Source: a virus (taxonomy: Duplodnaviria > Heunggongvirae > Uroviricota > Caudoviricetes). From it: DNA of 24,059 nt. The stretch lies in IMG/VR virus record IMGVR_UViG_3300042691_010651. The stretch is one strand, 5' to 3'. Below the pieces are notes generated by a model, which was given only the letters and a program-made list of their open reading frames with translations, was not told the DNA's origin and searched no databases. The translations under genes were made by a program, and so were the position numbers. Shown piece by piece: positions 18,085-24,059 of this stretch (position 1 is the stretch's first letter; each line of letters opens with the position of its first letter).

Positions 18085-18387
18085 TTAATCGCTTGTACTC
18101 CTACTCCCACTCCCACTCCAACTCCCACTCCTACTCCCACTTCTACTCCAACTCCTACTCCAACTCCAACTCCCACTCCTACTTCCACTTCTACTCCAAC
18201 TCCTACTTCCACTCCCACTCCTACTCCCACTCACACTCCCACTCCCACTCCCACTCCTACTCCCACTCACACTCCCACTCCCACTCCAACTCCTACTCCC
18301 ACTCCAACTCCTACTCCTACTCCAACTCCTACTCCTACTCCTACTCCTACTATTTTCGTATCCTAATCTTAATAATGCAGCATTCAT
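18085..18387 (-). CDS. Ser-X (X = R/G/W/V) dipeptide-repeat protein (100 aa)
   Basis: TAATG overlap with the upstream gene; unique leader MNAALLRLGYEN, then 42 S-X units; terminator about 40 nt after the stop. Confidence 0.75.
   Translation of the reverse strand: MNAALLRLGYENSRSRSRSRSWSRSRSWSGSRSWSGSGSVSGSRSGSGSGSVSGSRSGSGSRSWSRSGSRSGSWSWSRSWSRSGSRSGSWSGSGSRSTSD
18097..18351. repeat. hexamer tandem array (ACT-CCN on plus, NGG-AGT on minus), 42.5 units
   Basis: Every unit starts ACT; 36 of 42 second triplets are CCN; contains an exact 36-nt tandem duplication (18211-18246 = 18247-18282). Confidence 0.97.
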
Positions 18388-18749
18388 TATTTTCTAGTTT
18401 TAGGTAAATCAGTTAGCCATTCAGTTGCATCAATTATACCACCTCTACCTACAATAACATCTCTTTGAAACATTTCAACTTCATTAAGTTTTCCATCTTT
18501 AAGAGCATCTGTAAATAAACCTGTATCAGCAACCCAACAAGCATCTGATAATAATAATTCTTTATCAGTTACTTTTTTAAGTTTACCTAATTGAATCATT
18601 GTAACTGTTCTAATTAGATAATTTTTACCGATTTCCCATAATGATTCTTCTCCATTAAGTTCAATTACTTTTGATAATTGAGAGTCTTTTGGAACATAAA
18701 CTACTCCTTCAATTGTTAATTCTTCTACTTTTACTTTTTGTGTTGACAT
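18387..18749 (-). CDS. small beta-rich protein, possible Sm/SH3-like barrel (120 aa)
   Basis: IGKNYLIRTVTMIQLGKLKKVTDKELLLSDACWVADTG...VIVGRGGIIDATEW; the strand pattern resembles Sm/Hfq-like folds (inferred). Confidence 0.75.
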   Translation of the reverse strand: MSTQKVKVEELTIEGVVYVPKDSQLSKVIELNGEESLWEIGKNYLIRTVTMIQLGKLKKVTDKELLLSDACWVADTGLFTDALKDGKLNEVEMFQRDVIVGRGGIIDATEWLTDLPKTRK

Positions 18750-18759
18750 ATATTTTATT

Positions 18760-19224
18760 TTAAATTGTAATTAATTTTAATCCTTCTTGTAAACCTACTT
18801 CTAATGCTTCTTCATAAGTATTATAAATCCATTTATTTTCAATAAAATTTGATCTATAAGGATAAGGAAATCTACCTTCACTTCTAGGATTTCTTTTCTT
18901 TAACTCATTCCAATGATATTCATCATAACCATTAACTGAATATTTATTATGATCAACTGAATAAGAAACAGAAAGATGAAGTTTATGTTTTTCTCTTAAC
19001 CAACGTTGTAACAATGATTGAGTTGGTACTACAAAATCTATTTTATGATTATAATAATCATTTTCTTTACAAGTAGAATTTTGATCAAAACCTGTACCAT
19101 TGCCAGCATAATAACTAAAATCATCTAACTCTTTTTCTGTATCATAGTAATACTTACATTCTTCATCAAATCCTTTTTCTTTAGCTAATTTAGCTGTTTC
19201 ATAACTAATAAGTTCATCTTTCAT
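18760..19224 (-). CDS. hypothetical protein of a common Bacteroidota-phage type
   Basis: ISYETAKLAKEKGF...PTQSLLQRWLREKH...TYEEALEVGL. Confidence 0.8.
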   Translation of the reverse strand: MKDELISYETAKLAKEKGFDEECKYYYDTEKELDDFSYYAGNGTGFDQNSTCKENDYYNHKIDFVVPTQSLLQRWLREKHKLHLSVSYSVDHNKYSVNGYDEYHWNELKKRNPRSEGRFPYPYRSNFIENKWIYNTYEEALEVGLQEGLKLITI

Positions 19225-19346
19225 AAATTATCTGTATCTATATCATCATACCAAGAATTACTTATAAATCTTTTAGTACCACACAAATATATAATAAGTA
19301 CGCCATTTTCAAGTTGATACATATCTGGTAATTGTATTGTTTTCAT
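19221..19346 (-). CDS. small hypothetical protein (41 aa)
   Basis: Hand translation MKTIQLPDMYQLENGVLIIYLCGTKRFISNSWYDDIDTDNL; starts 1 nt after the upstream stop and has an ATGA overlap downstream. Confidence 0.6.
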   Translation of the reverse strand: MKTIQLPDMYQLENGVLIIYLCGTKRFISNSWYDDIDTDNL

Positions 19347-19347
19347 A

Positions 19348-19851
19348 TCATTTAAACCAATCAGGTTTACCTCTTTTAGTGAATTTTACAGGTTGTACTT
19401 TATCTGTTACTGTCCATTTATTGATCATAGTAGCTCTATATGCTTCAATAACTGGTAATTGCTTATACAAAGATGAGTTTTGAAAAGATTTAGGCTTACT
19501 ATCTGTTTCAATCATAAATGGAGTAATACTTGGTAAGTATCTCTTTACTGGATTAACATCATCAAATCTATACTCATATTCTTTAAATGTTTCAAGAAGA
19601 TGAATATATAACCACCAAGTATTAGCTCTATCTTTTCTTACCCATTTAGTTACAGGATGATTATATAGAAACAATGGTTCATTTCTATCTATATCACCCC
19701 ATAACGGAAATGGTACAACCCAATTATTTGTAACAGAATGGATATATGCTGTTAGACATTCAATATATTCTTTAGGCATATGCTTAATCCTTTTATCATC
19801 TAAGTTAATAGCTGATTGAATAGGAGAATTGTCTGTTACAAAAATATTCAT
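19348..19851 (-). CDS. pyrimidine-dimer DNA glycosylase (DenV-like) family protein
   Basis: MNIFVTD.SP..SA..LDDK...HM.KE; NHPVTKWVR...N..WL; EAYR...K...TKRGKPDW. Confidence 0.7.
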   Translation of the reverse strand: MNIFVTDNSPIQSAINLDDKRIKHMPKEYIECLTAYIHSVTNNWVVPFPLWGDIDRNEPLFLYNHPVTKWVRKDRANTWWLYIHLLETFKEYEYRFDDVNPVKRYLPSITPFMIETDSKPKSFQNSSLYKQLPVIEAYRATMINKWTVTDKVQPVKFTKRGKPDWFK

Positions 19852-19860
19852 AGAATTTTG

Positions 19861-20286
19861 TTAAGCTGCATATTGATCTTCATTACCTTGATCATCTCCT
19901 ATTGGATTATCAAAACCGTATTTTAAAGCTGTAGCTTTAAATAATGGTAATCCATATTGAGCATAACCATTATCTTGATCATAATTTTCTAATCCTTCTT
20001 CAAGAATCCAATTCCACATAGATACTACTGTAAACATAAAAGATGATGATATTCCTCTTTGATCAAGAGCTTTTGTAAATCCAAAAGCAACATCTTTTTG
20101 TAATTGTTTTAGAATATTTTCTTTTGTAAATTCTATATGTTGATGCTTACCAACAAATTCATCTTTCAAACTAATACCAAAATCTTTTAATTCTATTTCT
20201 GGTATGAATTGAACTAATCTATTAAAATCTCTACTATCTAAAGCTTGAGATTTATAATTTTCTTTAATAAATTGTAATGTTTTCAT
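19861..20286 (-). CDS. hypothetical protein (141 aa)
   Basis: ORF track; QRGISSS...MWNWIL...YAQYGLPLFKATA.KYG block. Confidence 0.8.
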   Translation of the reverse strand: MKTLQFIKENYKSQALDSRDFNRLVQFIPEIELKDFGISLKDEFVGKHQHIEFTKENILKQLQKDVAFGFTKALDQRGISSSFMFTVVSMWNWILEEGLENYDQDNGYAQYGLPLFKATALKYGFDNPIGDDQGNEDQYAA

Positions 20287-20756
20287 TTTACTCGATTAAT
20301 AGTTACATCAACTTTACGTTTACTATTTAAACCTTTGATATATGTATAATTATTAGATTTAATTAATTCGTTAGATACAATTGTTACACTATCTAATTGT
20401 AACATTTCATATCTACCTTTATCTAAATTATTATAATATAATATTATATCATTAAAAGGTTTATTAAATCTTTTTAATGGATAATATGTACTTTCATTAG
20501 ATAAAGTTTTAACTTTTACTTTATTAATAGATAAATCAACATTATGTGTATATAATTCACCTATCTTTATATCTCCATTAGTTGATGATAATTGAGTAGT
20601 AGCTTTTAATATATCAAATGATGCATCATATGTTGTACCAACATCCGATATTTCAAAGTTCCATCTTCCAGTTAAATCTTCATATTTTAATCTTGAAGAA
20701 CTAATTTCTTCTTTACTACAACTAAATAGTAAAATAAGTATTAATAATTTTTTCAT
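20283..20756 (-). CDS. lipoprotein, predicted surface-exposed
   Basis: Signal MKKLLILILLFS-C with lipobox LFSC, followed by SKEE. Confidence 0.7.
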   Translation of the reverse strand: MKKLLILILLFSCSKEEISSSRLKYEDLTGRWNFEISDVGTTYDASFDILKATTQLSSTNGDIKIGELYTHNVDLSINKVKVKTLSNESTYYPLKRFNKPFNDIILYYNNLDKGRYEMLQLDSVTIVSNELIKSNNYTYIKGLNSKRKVDVTINRVK

Positions 20757-20757
20757 A

Positions 20758-20983
20758 TTAATTAAAAATTAAATATAATGTATATATAAATAATACTAAT
20801 ACAATAGCAGCACCAGCTAGAATAAGTAATTCTTTATCATTCTTTTCCATAATCTTTTTTGTTTTGTCTGATGTAAAATCTAAATAAGTTAATTTCTCTG
20901 TTTCTTTTGATTTAAAGTTATTATATGTTCTAACAACATAATCTCTTCTTCCTAATACTTTATCTACCTGTTTTCTTTGTCAT
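20758..20983 (-). pseudogene. frameshifted small membrane-anchored gene (or an intact 30-aa ORF at 20758-20850)
   Basis: ATG 20983 in a good AT-rich context stops after MTKKTGR. Removing one A from AAGAAAAC gives a 74-aa ORF ending in a transmembrane segment LLILAGAAIVLVLFIYTLYLIF. Confidence 0.45.
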
Positions 20984-21004
20984 AATTTTATTTTTTAGTT
21001 TATT

Positions 21005-21280
21005 ACTTGCAAGTCTGTCTCTTGCAAATCGCACAATTACGTTAAAACCACCAAAAACGTATAAGATATAGTGTCACCACTATAAATGCATCTCTAGTTC
21101 ACTTAGATTAGTTATTTGGCATATGAACTGATCCAAATAACCTACTGCTGCCAACATATTCTATTTAATAGCTTTTTAATCTTGAGGTATTAATTCCAAA
21201 GTACACCCTCTGTACTACTATTAAATGTAACAAACGAACTTAAACCATCCCTCTAATTCAACAAGTTCAGAATATGTTAT
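21005..21280 (-). ncRNA. unclassified structured RNA candidate
   Basis: About 8 hand-identified helices of 6-10 bp, including nested long-range stems, a GUGA tetraloop and a possible pseudoknot; no credible ORF. Confidence 0.55.
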
Positions 21281-21309
21281 AAACTTATCTGATTGTTCAA
21301 GTCAGATAG

Positions 21310-21735
21310 TTATTTCATATGTTTTTTAAAATTATTATACTTCTCTATATACGATAAAGTAGATTTAGGTATTTTCTTTTTGTATATTACATAAGTAATA
21401 CCTGCGTTATAAGAAACAAGTTTATTATATGTTGTTACTTTATAACCATAATATCTTAAAAGTTGAGGAATACGAACCTCAAACATCCATCTAGCTATTT
21501 TTTCATTAATACTCTTTATGAATAAGCTATCTGGTTTTATTTTTGTATTATTTAGCTTATTGTAATCAGCTAAACATACTGGATGAATCTGATAAATACC
21601 TCTACTACCACCATCCTTTAGATTTATTGCTCTAACATTTCCACTTGATTCTATTTTAGCAATAATAGATAGATCAATTTGCTGAGATTTAAGTTGAAAT
21701 GAAATTAATGTAATTACAATCCATAAATTTTTCAT
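21310..21735 (-). CDS. lytic transglycosylase (SLT/lysozyme-like) with an N-terminal signal
   Basis: IAKIESSGN..A......SRGIYQI...YNAG motifs; hydrophobic N-terminus MKNLWIVITLISF. Confidence 0.85.
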   Translation of the reverse strand: MKNLWIVITLISFQLKSQQIDLSIIAKIESSGNVRAINLKDGGSRGIYQIHPVCLADYNKLNNTKIKPDSLFIKSINEKIARWMFEVRIPQLLRYYGYKVTTYNKLVSYNAGITYVIYKKKIPKSTLSYIEKYNNFKKHMK

Positions 21736-22017
21736 TTTGTTTAATTTGGTGAAACATATATTTAAGATATAAGATACGGTTCATGTATAACCTTTTGTTT
21801 TAACTTTAAGTTGATGTCAAGTTACGGAGACATTAAAGAACGTTTAAACATTTTTTATCTTACAATGATTTATAAATTAATATAAGTTCTTTTACCTTTA
21901 ATATTTCTTACTAATTGATAAGAAATATTTAATTTTTTAGATATATTAATTAGTTTTTAAATCTTTTCATAACATTTTCTTTTTGTAATATTTTTGCGTT
22001 ACCCGAGCTATACTACG

Positions 22018-22404
22018 TGGAGGTGGAGGGACTCGAACCCTCGTCTTACAATACTAACTACTACAATTTATTTATAAGCTTAGTCAATTGTGAACTGACA
22101 ACTATAGGCTGCATTTTTGCAACTCCACCATCTAATAATTTCAAGTATTAGAAACTTTTGGAGTAGATATTAAGTGTTAACTCCGTTCTCACTTTAAGCA
22201 GCTTCTGCAAGTTCTGCTTCCATTACTGGAACCATCTTACGAACTACTGCATCTTGACGATTTCCAAGTACCCCACCTAGTGAAGTAACAAGGGCTTTAT
22301 TTGCGTTGTCAATTGTTGTGCATGCATATTTTTAGTAGGTATAACATACTTCCCTACGCTTAATTGTAATAACTAATTACTGTAATCAATTCCAAGTCAC
22401 CCCC
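22018..22404 (-). ncRNA. ssrA: tmRNA (transfer-messenger RNA), 387 nt, CCA not encoded
   Basis: Acceptor GGGGGTG/CACCTCC-A with G3.U; T-arm GAGGG-TTCGAGT-CCCTC; long P2 helix; pk1 (GTAGG/CCTAC plus GTATGTT/AATATGC); tag frame ending GCT GCT TAA. Confidence 0.95.
22194..22310 (-). other. tmRNA tag reading frame (A)DNANKALVTSLGGVLGNRQDAVVRKMVPVMEAELAEAA*
   Basis: Resume codon GAC preceded by CAATT, 13 nt after pk1; 38 sense codons then TAA. Confidence 0.8.
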
Positions 22405-22413
22405 ATATTTTTG

Positions 22414-22444
22414 TAAAGTTAAAAATTATTTATTATAATGCAAA
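22414..22444 (-). promoter_or_regulatory. Bacteroidota-type promoter for the tmRNA
   Basis: TTTG-N19-TAACTTTA, ending 9 nt upstream of the tmRNA 5' end. Confidence 0.65.
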
Positions 22445-22480
22445 TAATATTTTACTTACAGAAAATTAAGTTCTAGAAAT

Positions 22481-22729
22481 TTAAATTAATTCTTTTAACA
22501 CGTAGTCAAACGCTGCTGAATAGGCTTCTTGTAGTGAAAAGTAGTCATATCTACAAACTTCTTTATATGGAGGTAGATCAGACACAGACTTTATACCTAA
22601 TATTACATCATCGTCAAGTTTACTTATAACTATAACTGTCTTATAAGTCCAATCAGATGTTACTGTTGATATAATGATAATCCAAATACTCTTTTCAACT
22701 CTTAACTATTCAACTACTTGCCATTGTTC
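22481..22729 (-). pseudogene. 5'-truncated remnant with an internal TAG; distant paralogue of 18760-19224
   Basis: Frame reads EQWQVVE*LRVEKSIWI...YFSLQEAYSAAFDYVLKELI*; TAG at 22706-22708 where Trp is expected; no start codon. Confidence 0.6.
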
Positions 22730-23397
22730 CGTTCTTTTAAAGATTCTCTTATTAACTCTCTATTCCAAATGTTTGTATTACCTTGTGCATATTGAGCTAT
22801 AAAATTCATACATTTTTCAACAACTTCTTCCTCACTATACATTCTTTCTTGTTGCCATTTAGCACCATCTTTGTAACCTGTTTCGTAGCATATTTTATCA
22901 TCATCAGATATATAATGCTTATGTGGGATACAGAATTTTGTAGGTATTTTCAATTGAGCTTCTTCAAGTGTTTCTTGTTTAGTTTCTTGTTGTAGAATGA
23001 GTTGAGCAATTAACTTAGAACAACCTTCTGGGCATGGATGATACTTGTGAGGACATTCTTCACAAACTATTGCTTCATACTCTATTTCAACTTCTTTACC
23101 ACTATCTAGTGATCCATCATCAATAACTTGTTGCCAATCTAAATGTTTTAGTGGAAGTTGTATGTGAATAACTTTAGCTAAAGAATATCCATAATTAACT
23201 TTTTTGTACTCAGCAACAATAGTTTTGAGTTTATTTAAATCATACCAAATACCATTTACTAATCCTTGTTTTTGATTCTCAGGTATATCTATAGCGTGAT
23301 AAAGTCTCTCTACTTTACCTATAGTATTAACTGGAGTCTTTACTTGCACACTTTCAGTTACTTTTGTAACTGGTATTGATTTGATTGTTGCTTTCAT
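22714..23397 (-). CDS. mosaic hypothetical protein (227 aa)
   Basis: ORF track; Cys cluster CEEC....PCPEGC and a KQETLEEA...GAKWQQERMYSEEEV module. Confidence 0.75.
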   Translation of the reverse strand: MKATIKSIPVTKVTESVQVKTPVNTIGKVERLYHAIDIPENQKQGLVNGIWYDLNKLKTIVAEYKKVNYGYSLAKVIHIQLPLKHLDWQQVIDDGSLDSGKEVEIEYEAIVCEECPHKYHPCPEGCSKLIAQLILQQETKQETLEEAQLKIPTKFCIPHKHYISDDDKICYETGYKDGAKWQQERMYSEEEVVEKCMNFIAQYAQGNTNIWNRELIRESLKERNNGK

Positions 23398-23663
23398 TTG
23401 ATCTGGTTTAAATTGTAAGCGTTTAAGATTGACTCACTATCTACAACAGTATCACAAAATTCAGAACCAGTATTTCCGTCCCATTTGTTTTTAGTTTTAG
23501 CTTTCTCACTTGCAGCTTTCAATGCTGCTTCTACATGAAGTTTAGCAAATTCAATCATCGCTTCTGTAACATCGTTTGTAATATCACTACTTTCTTTAAT
23601 ATCAAAACTATTGTTATTGTCTACAACAATTTTAGTTAAAAATTCTTCTGCTGTTGGTATCAT
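23394..23663 (-). CDS. hypothetical protein of a common Bacteroidota-phage type (89 aa)
   Basis: IPTAEEFL...AMIEFAKLHVEAALKAASEKA...ESILNAY; ATGA overlap. Confidence 0.8.
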   Translation of the reverse strand: MIPTAEEFLTKIVVDNNNSFDIKESSDITNDVTEAMIEFAKLHVEAALKAASEKAKTKNKWDGNTGSEFCDTVVDSESILNAYNLNQIK

Positions 23664-23926
23664 ATTATCCTGTGTTTTAGCTTTTGATAATCTAAAGCTT
23701 TAAATAAATTTGATTCATGATTGTCAATGAAATCTTTTGTTTGTTGAATTAATTTATCAACTTTCATAAAATTCCAACCTTTTTGTCTTAAATAAAGTCT
23801 TTTAATTCCATTAGGTGATTTAGGATTAGGTACATCTTTAAATATGTGTGACCATATACCATTATTAGTAACAGCTCTAATTCTAAAATCCCAATTCTTA
23901 TAGTTATGAAATGACTCTGTTATCAT
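23660..23926 (-). CDS. hypothetical protein (88 aa)
   Basis: ORF track; ATGA overlap with the next gene. Confidence 0.7.
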   Translation of the reverse strand: MITESFHNYKNWDFRIRAVTNNGIWSHIFKDVPNPKSPNGIKRLYLRQKGWNFMKVDKLIQQTKDFIDNHESNLFKALDYQKLKHRII

Positions 23927-23935
23927 ATTGTTGAT

Positions 23936-24059
23936 TTAAAGGTTTTGTTCAAACTTATTTATATCAAGTGGTTCTGTTGGTCTAGCATCACCTTGATAAT
24001 ATTCATTCCAATATAACCACTCTGCCCTATTAAATCCAGCAGCATAAGCATTTAACATA
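23936..24059 (-). CDS. probable 3' end of a gene entering from the right edge
   Basis: Open frame ...MLNAYAAGFNRAEWLYWNEYYQGDARPTEPLDINKFEQNL*. Confidence 0.45.
   Translation of the reverse strand, partial: MLNAYAAGFNRAEWLYWNEYYQGDARPTEPLDINKFEQNL

Noticed and set aside
18097-18351. CRISPR array or DGR variable repeat
   Set aside because: The period is 6 nt with no spacers, and no template/variable repeat pair or reverse transcriptase is present in the window.
18057-18407. Plus-strand ORFs giving (TP)n and (SH/SY)n repeats
   Set aside because: They are shadows of the stop-free hexamer array. The minus frame has translational coupling, a unique leader, a terminator and the same orientation as its neighbours.
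21062-21075. AAGATATAGT resembling the group I intron S element (plus strand)
   Set aside because: No upstream R (GACTA), P or Q elements, no interrupted exon, and the segment is explained by a local hairpin.
21750-21787. GAACCGTAT resembling the start of group II intron domain V
   Set aside because: The 3' strand pairs poorly, there is no proper AC bulge or domain VI, and no exon context.
21815-21822. TTGACA sigma70 -35 box upstream of the transglycosylase
   Set aside because: No -10 box at the right spacing, and the inferred host uses -33/-7 promoters.
21985-22017. Theta/HDV-like ribozyme or second tRNA after the tmRNA 3' end
   Set aside because: Only one 7-bp stem (GTAGTAT/ATATTAC) is visible, too short for a double pseudoknot or a cloverleaf.
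22783-22995. Plus-strand 70-aa ORF
   Set aside because: Phe-rich antisense shadow of the 227-aa gene.
1-24059. Stop-codon reassignment (TAG or TGA), known in some crAss-like phages
   Set aside because: Long genes are uninterrupted in the standard code, TGA occurs in several ATGA overlaps, and no suppressor tRNA is seen. The single internal TAG (22706) is at an expected Trp in a start-less remnant. Recoding elsewhere in the genome cannot be excluded.

Overview
This strongly AT-rich window is part of a tailed dsDNA phage genome. The host is probably in Bacteroidota and the gene set is crAss-like; both are inferred from gene content, TAnnTTTR-type promoters and AT-rich leaders without Shine-Dalgarno sites. 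Almost everything is on the minus strand. Positions 1-16.6 kb are a replication/recombination block: RecE-like nuclease (partial), RusA-like resolvase, primase, SSB-like protein, AAA ATPase, DnaB-type helicase, initiator-like protein, SF2 helicase, macrodomain, amidoligase, rIIA, ATP-dependent ligase and family B polymerase. Positions 16.6-24 kb are an accessory region of small genes and RNAs. The most notable items are: (1) a complete tmRNA with an unusually long 38-codon tag frame ending LAEAA; (2) a small beta-rich, possibly Sm-like gene coupled to a Ser-X repeat gene whose mRNA is a 6-nt-periodic GGAGU array; (3) an unclassified ~275-nt highly structured intergenic RNA; (4) a DNA ligase that appears to share the unusual active-site residues of the error-prone ASFV ligase; (5) a lone plus-strand 51-aa ORF with a host-type promoter, divergent from polB. 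All family assignments come from motif recognition by eye; no searches or folding programs were run.
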